A program made the translations under genes and the position numbers. A DNA stretch of 63,567 bases, the filler included, from an uncultured archaeon (lineage in GTDB: Archaea; Nanobdellota; Nanobdellia; Woesearchaeales; CAIVOO01), in assembly GCA_903842985.1 (NCBI GenBank). It is 6 parts of 6 records of this genome, joined end to end, with 100 filler letters (N's around TTAATTAATTAA, not from the genome) between each part and the next. Parts side by side here need not be neighbours in the genome. Positions count along the whole stretch, not along the records: positions 48,118 to 49,994 come from CAIMOB010000018.1; positions 50,095 to 63,567 come from CAIMOB010000019.1; 4 more parts are not named here. One strand, 5' to 3'. The notes beneath the pieces were generated by a model. It made no database searches. It was not told the DNA's origin and saw only the letters and a list, made by a program, of their open reading frames with translations. This document shows positions 48,171 to 58,982 of the stretch, one piece after another. The first letter of the stretch is position 1; every line of letters starts with the position of its first letter.

Positions 48171-49994
48171 TCAGCCTGTGTTGGTCTGTAGAATGCTTCC
48201 TGCAACCAAATTAAATAATATCATTACCATCAGAGAAATAACTACATACATTATTGTTGATCTTGTGACATTCTGGCCAATCATGTATTCCTCATTCAAT
48301 TTGTCAACGCCGTTCTCTACGCTGTTTGCCATTATTGTCAAAATGTAAACTATCTGCACAACATAAACTCCGACAATCAGCTGGAAATAAAATGTTGGAA
48401 TACCGTCTCCGAATATGTCCATCAAGCCGGCGCCTGCCCCTCCTGCTGCCGCGGCTCCTCCGGAGCCTGATTGTATATTTGCCAGCTGGTCGCCAAGCTT
48501 TCCGATTATTGTTGTTATCATTGATGTTATTCCTATGACAATTGCCGAGATTGTGGGAGTAAGAAAACTTATCTGTGATTTCATATCAGAAATTACATCT
48601 GCCATCAAGTCCTTTAGGCGCTCGTCAACCTTGTGTATCTCCTTTACATAATTTGAAACATTGATTACCGCCTGGGATGCCACCATGGGTCCTCGTTTTG
48701 AGCTTTCAACAAGAACTTTCATGGAGCTGTCAATCAGATGGGAAGGATATTCAAGGATTGCGCCGACTTTCGGGTCAAATATCGCCTGCTCTACGCCAAG
48801 ACCCAGTCTTCTTATGTTCATAATTACTGTAGTGAAAAATTTGCCTGAAGCTGTTCCCTCTGTAACCTTCATTACTCTTTCAAAAGCAATCTCCGCCGGC
48901 AATCCGTCTGCCAGCCTGTTTCCAAGCTGGAAAAGCGCAGAAGCAAATTCCTGCTCAAGTTTCCTGATATTTTCCCTAATCTCCATGACTGACTTTGACC
49001 TTATTTTATAATAAATGCCAATGCCCAAGCCAAGGGCGAGAGGCAGTGCCAAGCTAAGGATTGCGGCGCCAAGACCGTATGGCCCTATGATCTGTCCTGC
49101 ATTCTTTTTTGATTCCCTGTATTCAAGAAGCCTTAATTTTACGTTCTTCATTTCTGCAGGCAGCGTATTTTCATTAATTACCTTTACAAAAGGCATTTCC
49201 GAAGTGATTGCTATGTCCCATTTATCATTGGCGACAACCTTATGAATGACAAGCGGAGAGATTGCAAGAAAAAAGAGTGCACCTGCAACAATAAGGCTGA
49301 CTACCAGCGGAGTGAAGCTTATTTGAGCCCCAAAAATCTTAAACCGCACTTTCTTGTATTTTTTAAGCTCTGGATTCGCCTCGCTTATGTCTGCCTGTCC
49401 ATAGCCTGTTGGCCTTTTTGAGAGTATGTTTGTTGACAGGTAGTATACGCATACAGGCAGCACAATGTTGTAAAGCATTGCGAGATGGTACCATGCAACA
49501 CCCTCCATAAAACTGACAACAAGCGGCAGGATTACAAGGCCGAGTATCGGCAGGATTATCCCAAGCATGTGCAGCGTAGTAATTGGAGCCTTGAGGTTCT
49601 GTGCGTAATGGAGCATTTTTTCGTAAGTCTCTTCCAACATCACTGTAAGTGATTTTTCCAGTATTGAAATTCTTCTTTCTTCATTTCCTTCATAAAGCGA
49701 AGATTCGATCAGATGGAATGACTCTATGAATTCCATGTTCCATTTTTTCCATGTCTCAAGATAGGATTCAAGTGATTCCTTAACATTCTCATATTTTTCA
49801 GTCTCAACGTCCCACAAAACCTTTTTTAGGTCAAGCGAGAGCGGTGGTGAAAGATGCTCAGATGCGAACTCTACTGCTCTTTCAATGTTTGAAGTGTGCC
49901 TCATATATGTGACAATATAAAAAATGCAGAGAACCATCTGGTTGGATGCCTTCATCCTCCATTTGTTTGCAAGCATATCAGGAAACTTTGAAAG
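48171..49994 (-). CDS. T2SS-F/TadC/ArlJ-like membrane platform protein of a type IV pilus-like system, 5'-partial
   Basis: Two repeats of a cytoplasmic domain plus TM helices; EFASALFQLGNRLADGLPAE. Confidence 0.75.
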   Translation of the reverse strand, partial: LSKFPDMLANKWRMKASNQMVLCIFYIVTYMRHTSNIERAVEFASEHLSPPLSLDLKKVLWDVETEKYENVKESLESYLETWKKWNMEFIESFHLIESSLYEGNEERRISILEKSLTVMLEETYEKMLHYAQNLKAPITTLHMLGIILPILGLVILPLVVSFMEGVAWYHLAMLYNIVLPVCVYYLSTNILSKRPTGYGQADISEANPELKKYKKVRFKIFGAQISFTPLVVSLIVAGALFFLAISPLVIHKVVANDKWDIAITSEMPFVKVINENTLPAEMKNVKLRLLEYRESKKNAGQIIGPYGLGAAILSLALPLALGLGIGIYYKIRSKSVMEIRENIRKLEQEFASALFQLGNRLADGLPAEIAFERVMKVTEGTASGKFFTTVIMNIRRLGLGVEQAIFDPKVGAILEYPSHLIDSSMKVLVESSKRGPMVASQAVINVSNYVKEIHKVDERLKDLMADVISDMKSQISFLTPTISAIVIGITSMITTIIGKLGDQLANIQSGSGGAAAAGGAGAGLMDIFGDGIPTFYFQLIVGVYVVQIVYILTIMANSVENGVDKLNEEYMIGQNVTRSTIMYVVISLMVMILFNLVAGSILQTNTG

Positions 49995-50094
49995 NNNNNN
50001 NNNNNNNNNNNNNNNNNNNNNNNNNNNNNNNNNNNNNNTTAATTAATTAANNNNNNNNNNNNNNNNNNNNNNNNNNNNNNNNNNNNNNNNNNNN
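49995..50094. other. Artificial contig spacer
   Basis: N-TTAATTAATTAA-N. Confidence 0.97.
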
Positions 50095-51161
50095 AATAGG
50101 ATACCAACTACGAAAGAGATTATTGAAACAAATGAAAGTAAGTTAGCCCAGTTTGGCTCAACTGCAAAGAATGCAATAATCGCAAATACAAGCAAAGCAA
50201 ATGCAACGCCAATCAGGATGTTCCCGAAAATCATGGTTTTCCTGTAGGGCTTTGCCTCTTTATCGACTTTTAGCTTTGTCGGCTTGAACTCCGCCTTTTT
50301 GCTCTCTTTTACAATTGCTTTCTCAACAATTGCCTTCTCAACCTTAAGCTTATTTTCAATGTCATGCTTTGTCTCTCTTTTCAATTCGCTCAGCTCGTCC
50401 CTCAAGTCAAGCACGTCATCTTCCAGCTCTTTTGTTGATTTTCTCAGGTCCTTATGCTTAACCATGTCAGATTCGACAAAACTCACATATTTCTTGACTT
50501 TATGAATTTCATTCAGCTCTGTCTTTATGTCGTCGAGCTCAAGGTTTATCTGCTTGACAAGGTCCTCGACCTGGTCCTTTTTAATCATCACTGAAAGCTT
50601 TTTGTTGGTGTCAACAATCTCCCTTGCAAGAAGGTCCAACTTCTTGTTCAGCTCCTCATTCTTCCTCTTCACTTCATTCACGCTGAGCATTTCTTTCCTG
50701 CTTTTGACATCAGCAAGCTCCTTGTGGACAATGTTGAATTCGCTGTTTATGTCGCTGATAAGATCCTTTACCTGTGTTTTTGAAACCAACTGCTTTGATT
50801 CCTCTCTAAGCTGGTTGATTGCTGTTTTAGCGTCAGAAATCTTCTTGTTTACATCAAGGTTCAGCTCCTGCATTTTCTGGTCGAAAAGTGATTTTGGAAC
50901 TGTTTTTGCATCAAGCTTTTTTAGGTTCTCCTCAATGTCCCATATCTTCTTCAGGCTGTCATTTATCTCGCCTATTTTTATCTTCAAAAGATTAAGCCTG
51001 TCTTTTGCAACATAGTCTTCCTTGACCCTGTCAAATTCCTGCTTGAGCTCATAGGCCCCTTTCATCTGCTGGGTCCTGAATTCCTTCAGCTCATCCATAT
51101 CCAGTTTTATGGCTGCAAAAGAATTCTTCAATATTGCATTTAGCCTGTCAAAGTCATTCAT
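50095..51161 (-). CDS. Long coiled-coil protein with C-terminal TM helices, 3'-partial
   Basis: Heptad-rich ~300 aa followed by two hydrophobic helices. Confidence 0.75.
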
Positions 51162-51310
51162 TGTTAAAACCCCTTGAGGAAGCTATTATAAACTCATATA
51201 TAAATCTTTTGTTTTTAAGTACTATATAATAGTAAAAATTACTTTTTATGTCTGAAACGAGCCTAAAACCAATACTGATGCAAGCTCGTTTCTGGCATCC
51301 TAAAAATCCG

Positions 51311-51610
51311 CTAAAGGCGGTTTTTATGATATACAAACCTGCTGTATTTCTTACATTTGAAGCAGTAAGAAATAAGCTTGCCCCTGCTTGCCCTGATTCT
51401 GCTGTTTTTTCCTGGCCTCAGATAAGAATTGCAGTGCCTGCAGAACCTTCTTTTCAGCTCAGAAGGCATCTTCACTTTCAGCTTCATTGCTATTTTTCTT
51501 GCAAGCTCAACATACCTGTCAGCATATTTCTCTGACCTGCGCGCCTCTTCAAAAAGAATCTTGATTCGTTCAAGCGCAATTTCTTTTTCCTCGCTTTTGT
51601 TTCTTTTCAT
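51311..51610 (-). CDS. rnp4: RNase P protein Rpp21
   Basis: IALERIKILF, ADRYVELARKI, FCRHC, CFKC. Confidence 0.93.
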   Translation of the reverse strand: MKRNKSEEKEIALERIKILFEEARRSEKYADRYVELARKIAMKLKVKMPSELKRRFCRHCNSYLRPGKNSRIRASRGKLISYCFKCKKYSRFVYHKNRL

Positions 51611-51662
51611 ATTGAAAAATAAAACAAAAAACTATATAAAATCTTCCATTTCACAGCAATTC

Positions 51663-52385
51663 ATGAAGAAGACAAAATCAATCGACGAGGAGGTTCAGAA
51701 GGAATACAATATCAGGCTTCCGTACCTGCCTCCACTGCAGAAGGAGCTTGATAATCTGCTTGAAAAATTCGGAACAAAAATTAATTATTTTGAAACCAAG
51801 GCATGGCTTGAGAGCAAAGGGGTACAGTTCGACCCGGTAAAAACCAACAAGTACGTTGTAGGGATGAGAGAAATCTTGTCACTGATGGAGAAAAAAGTTA
51901 AAAAAATAAGTCGGGTAGACTACATTAACCTGCTCGGCAAGTTTGGAAGCACAATATATTCTGACTTCAAGGGAAGCGCAATATACTCTGACTTCAGAAG
52001 ACTACCTATTATTGGAAGCAAAGACGGAGAGCAGTTTAACCTTGGCAAAATCTTTATGTGGGTCAGGAAAAATGCAAACCTCTATCCAAGAACAGTGTTT
52101 TTTAATAGAGCCAAAAGCCAGATTAATGATGCGGCACCTGACACGCCTGACCCGACGCTTGAAAGAGTTGTTTCAAGCTACATTCAAAAAAATATAAAGG
52201 GATCAAGCAAAACATGCACTGTAGTCAGCAGGGTCATTGAGTTGGTTCAGCAAAACGACAGGCTTGCGTACTGCTGCTATGAAGACGAAAACAGAAAACT
52301 GCGCGTTTACAAATCAAAAAAGCAGGAAATTGTTTCATTTCTTTCCAAGGAGAATCTAAGAGAGTTCCTGAAAGAGCTTGCCTGA
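51663..52385 (+). CDS. Hypothetical protein
   Basis: Start reassigned to ATG 51663 after a TATATAAA box. Confidence 0.6.
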   Translation: MKKTKSIDEEVQKEYNIRLPYLPPLQKELDNLLEKFGTKINYFETKAWLESKGVQFDPVKTNKYVVGMREILSLMEKKVKKISRVDYINLLGKFGSTIYSDFKGSAIYSDFRRLPIIGSKDGEQFNLGKIFMWVRKNANLYPRTVFFNRAKSQINDAAPDTPDPTLERVVSSYIQKNIKGSSKTCTVVSRVIELVQQNDRLAYCCYEDENRKLRVYKSKKQEIVSFLSKENLREFLKELA

Positions 52386-52426
52386 CTATCAAAACATTTA
52401 TTAATCAGTCCTGCAAATAGCGAATT

Positions 52427-53677
52427 ATGAGTTTTTTAAAGAGACTGTTTAAGAGAGAGGAGAAGCCGGCTGGAAAATCCAGCATAAATTCTTCAGAGCT
52501 TGCAGAGTGGTTTGAAAACAAGACACTGGACATCATGAAGGATGTGGCGCATGACATCGGCCAAGAGTTTTCTGAAATCAGGGATGCGATAGAGCAGACA
52601 AAAAATGCAGTCAAGGAGCTTGAAAACGCAAAGCTGATGAACGAAGGCATAACGCTGAAGGAAAAGCAGTTCATGGAGGGCAACAGGCTGGCTTACATGA
52701 AAAAGGTGAATGACTTTCTTTCCAGAATATTGCCTGCGAAAATGTCGCTGAATGAAACAAAGTCATACATAGAAAATTACAGGAAAGAGGCAATCGAATT
52801 TGCAAAGGGTTCATTTCGCGCATTCCAGATAACCGCCAACTTTTTTGGCGACCAGGCAGCAGACATAGCGAAATGCATAAAGGAGATTGACAGCAGCGTT
52901 AAGAAAGTGTCAGATCTTCTGAACCAGGAGAAAATGACTGTAATAAATGAAACAAAAACAAAAATAAAAGAACTGAACGGGCTGATACAGAAAAGGGAGG
53001 AGTTGATTTCATCCATAGAGGAAGAGGAAAACAATTATGAGGAGCTGAAGGTGGCGAAGGCTGACTATGAGCTTAAAATCATAAGGCTGAAAAAGAATTC
53101 AGCCTATCTCGAGCTTCAGGAGCTTAATGAAAAGCTGAAGAATTTTGAAGATGAATTAAAAATCCTGAAGTCGCAGTTCCTTGATACTTTCATGCAGGTA
53201 GACAAGGCATTGAAGAAGGTTTCAAAGCTTGGCGATGAGGGATTGATAGCAAAATATCTCGAAGACCCTGTTTCTGCGCTTCTCAGCGATTCAGAGCTTA
53301 AGATACTTGAAATCCTTAAGAGGACAAAAGAGGCGCTTGAGACAAATCAGCTTGAGATAGAGGAAAAGAAAAAAGAGAAAATGGTTGTAAGAATAAATGA
53401 AATCACAAAAGAGTATCTTGTTGATTTCGTGATAAAGCATAATGACCTTGAGCTGAAGAAAAGCGATATGAACAGGCTGATAAAGCAGAATTCCTCGATG
53501 AATGACTTGAGCGAGCTGCACTATAAGCTTGACCACACAAAGGACAAGCAGGCGAAAACAACCGAAAAAATAAAGAAGCTTAATCAGCAGCTTGAAAAGC
53601 TTGAGCTGGAAGAGACAAAGGATAAAATAGAGAAAAATCTGAAAAATCTGAATTATGATGCTAAGGTGACAATATGA
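52427..53677 (+). CDS. Coiled-coil hypothetical protein
   Basis: 416 aa, E/K-rich heptads. Confidence 0.75.
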   Translation: MSFLKRLFKREEKPAGKSSINSSELAEWFENKTLDIMKDVAHDIGQEFSEIRDAIEQTKNAVKELENAKLMNEGITLKEKQFMEGNRLAYMKKVNDFLSRILPAKMSLNETKSYIENYRKEAIEFAKGSFRAFQITANFFGDQAADIAKCIKEIDSSVKKVSDLLNQEKMTVINETKTKIKELNGLIQKREELISSIEEEENNYEELKVAKADYELKIIRLKKNSAYLELQELNEKLKNFEDELKILKSQFLDTFMQVDKALKKVSKLGDEGLIAKYLEDPVSALLSDSELKILEILKRTKEALETNQLEIEEKKKEKMVVRINEITKEYLVDFVIKHNDLELKKSDMNRLIKQNSSMNDLSELHYKLDHTKDKQAKTTEKIKKLNQQLEKLELEETKDKIEKNLKNLNYDAKVTI

Positions 53678-53835
53678 GGGCTGGAAAAAATATCCTGTCT
53701 TTCATATTTGGCATAGCATTTGTAGTTATCGGCATAATACTGATGAGCGATTTTCTGCTCAAGTTCCTAAAATTCACGCTCGGCATAATCCTGTTTTTCA
53801 TCGGGCTTGCGCTCGCGTTCAGGAAATACTACTAA
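53674..53835 (+). CDS. Small two-TM protein (53 aa; below ORF-track cutoff)
   Basis: MRAGKNILSFIFGIAFVVIGIILMSDFLLKFLKFTLGIILFFIGLALAFRKYY; ATGA overlap with the upstream gene. Confidence 0.7.
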   Translation: MRAGKNILSFIFGIAFVVIGIILMSDFLLKFLKFTLGIILFFIGLALAFRKYY

Positions 53836-53836
53836 A

Positions 53837-54310
53837 ATGATAGAAGACTTCATAAAAAAATTCACAGACAAAAAAGTAGGCGAAATCACAGAGATAAGAA
53901 GCAGGTTTTTTCTTGCAGACAGGGAGCTGATTGAATTAAAGAACAGGATAAGGGACGAGCCGTTTGCATTCGGGACATTTCTCGGCGAAATAAATGAGAA
54001 TAAGTTTAAGCCAAGCATTGCCCTGCTCGACAACATTTCAATGCTTTCTGACAAAAAAGTTTTTGTGAATGCTAAGGCAGAATGGCTTTTTTTGTGCGGC
54101 AGGGATGTTTTCAGGCAGGGGATTGTGAAAAACAATGTAAATGAAGGGCTTGTCCTTGTGCAGAATGAGAAAGACGAGAATCTCGGCTACGGCGAGTTTT
54201 CTGTTGGGAAGGTTGCAATAAAGAACTTATTGGACCGCGGAGATTTTCTTAGAAGAGAGTCAGTCCAGCGCTTTGATTCCAGGAAGCACTTTTCCTTCAA
54301 GAAATTCTAG
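53837..54310 (+). CDS. Nip7-like PUA-domain ribosome biogenesis protein
   Basis: GTFLGE, AEWLFLCGRDV, LGYG, LDRGDFLRRE. Confidence 0.85.
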   Translation: MIEDFIKKFTDKKVGEITEIRSRFFLADRELIELKNRIRDEPFAFGTFLGEINENKFKPSIALLDNISMLSDKKVFVNAKAEWLFLCGRDVFRQGIVKNNVNEGLVLVQNEKDENLGYGEFSVGKVAIKNLLDRGDFLRRESVQRFDSRKHFSFKKF

Positions 54311-55399
54311 TGAGGCGCCTCCGCCTGTGCTGACATGGTTCATTTTTTCTGCAAGCTTCAATTCATCCAGAGCAGCAGCAGTGTCCCCGCCGCCTACAAT
54401 TGTTGTTGCCTTCAGCTGTGCAAGATGCTCTGCAATTTCAACTGTTCCCTTTGCAAATTCTTCTATCTCGAAAATACCCAGAGGGCCGTTCCAGACAGCT
54501 GTCTTTGCCTTGTTAAGGATTTCCTTGTAAATCTCAATTGTTTCTTCGCCAATGTCAATGCCGATGTCATTGGCCCCAATCTTGTCAATCGGGACATTCC
54601 TCACTTCAGCGCCTTTTTCAACCTTGCTCGCAACCCTGACGTCAACAGGCAGGATTATTTTCTTGTTTGAGATTTCAAGAAGTTCTTTTGCCTCTGCGAC
54701 CTTGTCATCCTCAACCTTGCTTTTCCCAATATTCAGTCCCATTGCCTTGAAGAATGTGAAAATCATTGCCCCGCCGAGAAGCAGTGCATCAACCTTCTTG
54801 AGCATGTTCTGTATCAAATCAATCTTTGTTGAAACCTTCGCTCCGCCCATTATCGCGACAATCGGATGCTCTGCACTGTCTATGTGCAGCATCTTGATTT
54901 CTTTTTCAAGCTCGAAGCCGGCGTAGGACGGAATGAATTTTGTTACCCCGACAATCGAAGCATGGGCCCTGTGCGATGCTGAGAAACACTCATTTACATA
55001 AATGTCTGCAAAGCCTGCAAGCTTCTTTGCAAATTTCTCGTCATTTGCCTCTTCTTCTGCGTGAAATCTCAAGTTTTCAAGAAGAATGATTTTATCATCA
55101 GGAATTTTTATGTCAACGCAGTCATCAAGTTTTTTTATCTTCTGCCCAAGAAGCTGTTCAAGCCTTTTTGCAACAACATTCATCCTCAATTTCTCAACAA
55201 CTTTCCCATCTGGCCTGTCCAGATGCCCGATGATTATCACCTGCTTTGCGCCGTTTTTAAGTGCATAGCTTATTGTTTGGATATTATCCTTTAATCTCCG
55301 GTCATCTTCTATAGAACCATCATCCTTTATTGGAATGTCAAGATTAGCACGTATCAGAACTCTCTTCCCTCTCAAATCCACCTCTTTAAGCGTTTTCAT
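54260..55399 (-). CDS. pgk: Phosphoglycerate kinase (bacterial-like)
   Basis: LLENLRF, HRAHAS, GGAKVSTK, WNGPLG, GGGDT, STGGGASLEFLEG. Confidence 0.96.
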   Translation of the reverse strand: MKTLKEVDLRGKRVLIRANLDIPIKDDGSIEDDRRLKDNIQTISYALKNGAKQVIIIGHLDRPDGKVVEKLRMNVVAKRLEQLLGQKIKKLDDCVDIKIPDDKIILLENLRFHAEEEANDEKFAKKLAGFADIYVNECFSASHRAHASIVGVTKFIPSYAGFELEKEIKMLHIDSAEHPIVAIMGGAKVSTKIDLIQNMLKKVDALLLGGAMIFTFFKAMGLNIGKSKVEDDKVAEAKELLEISNKKIILPVDVRVASKVEKGAEVRNVPIDKIGANDIGIDIGEETIEIYKEILNKAKTAVWNGPLGIFEIEEFAKGTVEIAEHLAQLKATTIVGGGDTAAALDELKLAEKMNHVSTGGGASLEFLEGKVLPGIKALD

Positions 55400-55452
55400 G
55401 CACTGGACATTTGCTCATAAGGTTTATAAATGTTTCTGCCCTCGTCAGTGTT

Positions 55453-58032
55453 ATGCAAAAAATATCATTTCTTGAAAAGCCGAACAAGCCAGAGGAGCTG
55501 ATTCAGATACTTAATCCTATAGTCAAGAAATGGTTCTTTTCGCAGTTCAAGGAATTCTCAGTTCCGCAGCTTTACGGTGTCATGCCGATTCACAGCAGAG
55601 AAAATATCTTGGTTTCAGCGCCCACAGGAGCAACAAAGACACTGACTGGATTTCTTTCTATCTTAAATGAGCTTGTTGACTCATCTGAAAAAGGAATTTT
55701 GGAAAATAAGGTTTATGCTGTCTACGTATCTCCGCTGAAAGCGCTTTCCTATGACATTGAAGTCAACCTTGTCAGGCCGCTGAAGGAAATGGAAGAGATT
55801 GCAGGCAAAGAATTAGGGATAAGAGTGGCAGTAAGGACAGGAGACACAACAACTTCAGAAAGGGCAAAGATGCTGAAGCATGTTCCACATATTTTGATAA
55901 CAACACCAGAGTCATTGGCAATTCTCCTGACAGCGCCGAAGTTTCGCGAGCATCTGAAAGATGTTGAATGGGTTGTTGCTGACGAAGTGCATGCACTGGC
56001 GGAAAACAAGAGGGGAGTTCATCTTTCATTGACGCTTGAAAGGCTTCAGCGTCTTGCAAGCCACACCTGCAGAGTCGGGCTGTCTGCAACAATTGCGCCA
56101 ATTGAGGAGGTTGCGAAATTCCTTGTCGGCAATGAAAGGCCCTGCAAGATTGTTGATGTCCAGTTCCTGAAAAACATGGACATGCAGGTTATTTCGCCTG
56201 TCAGAAATCTCATTGATGTTGACTATGAATATCTGCACAACAGGACTTACGAGCTTCTTGACAGGCTGATACAGGAGCACAAGACAACATTGATTTTTAC
56301 GAACACAAGGTCAGCGACAGAAAGGGTTGTGCATCATTTGAAAGAAAAATTTCCTCAAAATTATTCTGAGAACATAGGCGCGCATCACGGTTCATTGTCA
56401 AAGATTCACAGGCACACAATTGAAAACAGACTAAGGCAGGGAAAACTGAAGGCAGTTGTCTGCTCAACTTCGCTTGAATTGGGAATAGACATCGGCTTCA
56501 TTGACTTGGTAATTCTGCTTGGCTCGCCGAAATCAGTTGCAAGGGCATTGCAGAGAGTCGGAAGAAGCGGGCATCAGCTTCATTCAGTTACAAAAGGCAG
56601 GATTGTTGTGCAGGACAGGGATGATTTGGTTGAATGCGCCGTCATTCTGAAGAGCGCGATTGAAAGAAAGATAGATAAGATTCATATTCCGACAAACTGC
56701 CTCGACGTGCTGGCGCAGCAGGTTCACGGAATTGCGCTTGAAGAGATGATGCACATAGATGATATTTACAAGCTTGTAAAGAAAAGCTACTGCTACAGCA
56801 AATTAAGCAGGAAAGAGCTTGGCGAGATAGTTGATTATCTCTCAGGCAAGTATATCTCGCTTGAAGACAGGCACATTTATGCGAAAATCTGGTACGACAA
56901 GGATACTGGAATGATTGGAAAAAGAGGCAGGATGAGCAGAGTCATCCATATGACAAATATAGGTACAATTCCAGAGGAGACTTCAGTTGTTGTGAAAGTC
57001 GGCGAGCAGCCAATCGGGACAATCGAAGAGGCATTTTTGGAAAAATTAGAGCCAAATGACATTTTTGTTTTGGGCGGAGACACCTACCGCTTCAAATTCG
57101 CGAGAGGCATGACTGCACAGGTTGAGGCTGTCTCAGGCAGGAAGCCCACTGTTCCGTCGTGGTTCTCTGAGATGCTTCCGCTTTCGTTTGACCTGGCTTT
57201 GGACATAGGAAAATTCAGGAGGCTGATGGAGGAAAGGTTCAAGGCAAAGGAGCCGAAAGATGAGATTATAAAATTCATAAACAAATATCTGTATGTTGAT
57301 GACAACGCGGCAAATTCAATTTATGAGTATTTCAGCGAGCAGTATATTTTTGCAGAAATCCCGAATGACAGGAAGATTGTTGTGGAGCATTACACAGAAG
57401 ATGACCAGAAATACATAATCTTCCACACATTGTTCGGCAGGAGGGTGAATGACTGCCTTTCGAGGGCAATGGCTTTTGCAATCTCAAGGATTTACCATAA
57501 GGATGTTGAATTAGGGATAAATGACAATGGCTTTTTCATAAAGCACAGGAAAGGAGTTCAGGTGACAAAGGTTTTCAAGCTCCTGAAATCAGAGGAGATG
57601 AAAGATATTCTTAATCTTGCGATTGAAAAGACAGAGGTGCTGAAGAGAAGGTTCAGGCACTGCGCAATGCGCGCATTGATGATACTTAGATCGTACATGG
57701 GAAGAACAAAAAGAGTTGGAAGGCAGCAAGTATCCTCAATGATTCTGCTGAGCGCAGTCAGAAGGATTTCAGAGGATTTCCCAATCCTGAAAGAAGCAAG
57801 GAGAGAAGTTCTTGAGGATTTGATGGATATAGACAGTGCAGTCAAGGTGGTTAAGAAAGTGGAGGAAGGAGAGATAAAGATTGTTGAAATAGAGACGCAG
57901 CTCCCGTCGCCGTTTGCATTGAACACAGTTATGCAGGGCTATGTTGATTTGCTGAAGATGGAGGACAGAATAGAGTTCATGCGCAGAATGCACCAGATGG
58001 TTCTGGCAAAGATTGGATTAAAGCTTAAGTAA
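55453..58032 (+). CDS. lhr: Lhr-family SF2 helicase (Lhr-Core)
   Basis: SPLKAL, RTGDT, ITTPESL, DEVH, GLSAT, HHGSLS, SLELGID, QRVGRSGH, PSWFSE. Confidence 0.93.
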   Translation: MQKISFLEKPNKPEELIQILNPIVKKWFFSQFKEFSVPQLYGVMPIHSRENILVSAPTGATKTLTGFLSILNELVDSSEKGILENKVYAVYVSPLKALSYDIEVNLVRPLKEMEEIAGKELGIRVAVRTGDTTTSERAKMLKHVPHILITTPESLAILLTAPKFREHLKDVEWVVADEVHALAENKRGVHLSLTLERLQRLASHTCRVGLSATIAPIEEVAKFLVGNERPCKIVDVQFLKNMDMQVISPVRNLIDVDYEYLHNRTYELLDRLIQEHKTTLIFTNTRSATERVVHHLKEKFPQNYSENIGAHHGSLSKIHRHTIENRLRQGKLKAVVCSTSLELGIDIGFIDLVILLGSPKSVARALQRVGRSGHQLHSVTKGRIVVQDRDDLVECAVILKSAIERKIDKIHIPTNCLDVLAQQVHGIALEEMMHIDDIYKLVKKSYCYSKLSRKELGEIVDYLSGKYISLEDRHIYAKIWYDKDTGMIGKRGRMSRVIHMTNIGTIPEETSVVVKVGEQPIGTIEEAFLEKLEPNDIFVLGGDTYRFKFARGMTAQVEAVSGRKPTVPSWFSEMLPLSFDLALDIGKFRRLMEERFKAKEPKDEIIKFINKYLYVDDNAANSIYEYFSEQYIFAEIPNDRKIVVEHYTEDDQKYIIFHTLFGRRVNDCLSRAMAFAISRIYHKDVELGINDNGFFIKHRKGVQVTKVFKLLKSEEMKDILNLAIEKTEVLKRRFRHCAMRALMILRSYMGRTKRVGRQQVSSMILLSAVRRISEDFPILKEARREVLEDLMDIDSAVKVVKKVEEGEIKIVEIETQLPSPFALNTVMQGYVDLLKMEDRIEFMRRMHQMVLAKIGLKLK

Positions 58033-58470
58033 GAATTCCTTCAGGAAACTGTCATCATCCATTCCCTTTGAATATGAATACCAGTCAAGCTTCTTGCTTT
58101 TGAGGAGTTCGATTAATTTCTTCTGCGTCTCTGAATCCCATTCATTGAATCTTCTTGCTGCATTGCACATGTAATCAGGATTGCAGTAGACATTTTTCAT
58201 TTCCATCCTCAAATCTTTCCCATTGTTCTGCCTTGGATGCCCTGGGCATCCGATTTTATTCTTTGCAAGAAAAACTAAATTCACGCAGACGCCGGAATCC
58301 CTTGTGCAGCCTGCATTCCTGTCCATGAATTTTTTCACGTCTTTTATGTCCTTGAATTCCTTTGTATTAAGCAGAAGGCTGTTAAGCACAGCTTCCCTGT
58401 CCAGCATTCTTTTTGCGCAGCAGCCGAAACAGGTCAGTCCAATCTCCTTATTGTGGCATAGCGGGCTCAT
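58018..58470 (-). CDS. Cys-rich hypothetical protein (possible Fe-S or Zn binding)
   Basis: LC..CFGCC..VC..IGCPGHP..C...YMC. Confidence 0.65.
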   Translation of the reverse strand: MSPLCHNKEIGLTCFGCCAKRMLDREAVLNSLLLNTKEFKDIKDVKKFMDRNAGCTRDSGVCVNLVFLAKNKIGCPGHPRQNNGKDLRMEMKNVYCNPDYMCNAARRFNEWDSETQKKLIELLKSKKLDWYSYSKGMDDDSFLKEFLLKL

Positions 58471-58535
58471 AGCTTTGATTAGTATGGGTAAATTTAAAAA
58501 ACTTTTTAAATTGAGCACGCTTCCTAAGCCGCAAG

Positions 58536-58982
58536 ATGAGGTCAGCAGAAGAAAAAAAGGCAGGCAAAATAAGAATAGTAAAACTAGGTGCCATGGTTAT
58601 TGCAGTTAGTTTGACGATTAGATTGCTTGCATCAGTTCTCGGCTCAATTGCAACAAAAGAGGAGTTGATACGTGTCTATCAAAACCTGCCTCAGGACAAA
58701 GTAGTTAAAGTCATTGGATTAAGAGATAAAATCAAAAGTGACAAGGAAATCAAGAAGGCAGCAGAAGGTCTGCTTACCCTTCAATTCAATATTGAATCAA
58801 TAAAGTCTGCAATGGAAAAAGGACAGCTCCCAAAAGCGCTTGATTTGGTTATTAACGCCAATGGCTTGATTAATGATTTGGAAAAGAAATACGACTTCTC
58901 GCTTAAGGAAGAAAAAGACAAGCTTTTACAAGTAAGATTTGAATTGGCTGAGACTATTAAAAACTCACAAAATTTCCATTAG
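58536..58982 (+). CDS. Hypothetical membrane-anchored helical protein
   Basis: N-terminal hydrophobic segment; fills the gap between genes. Confidence 0.55.
   Translation: MRSAEEKKAGKIRIVKLGAMVIAVSLTIRLLASVLGSIATKEELIRVYQNLPQDKVVKVIGLRDKIKSDKEIKKAAEGLLTLQFNIESIKSAMEKGQLPKALDLVINANGLINDLEKKYDFSLKEEKDKLLQVRFELAETIKNSQNFH

Noticed and set aside
29447..50094. Five identical TTAATTAATTAA motifs flanked by Ns, resembling a repeat family
   Set aside because: Artificial 100-nt contig linkers with six-frame stops; not biological.
51250..51296. GAAACGAGC/GCTCGTTTC hairpin containing CTGATG as a hammerhead ribozyme
   Set aside because: Core elements are incomplete and GAAAC is paired in the stem; more likely a simple terminator or UTR hairpin.
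51950..51997. 24-nt tandem duplication (STIYSDFK / SAIYSDFR)
   Set aside because: Two in-frame copies inside a hypothetical gene; no spacers, so not an array.
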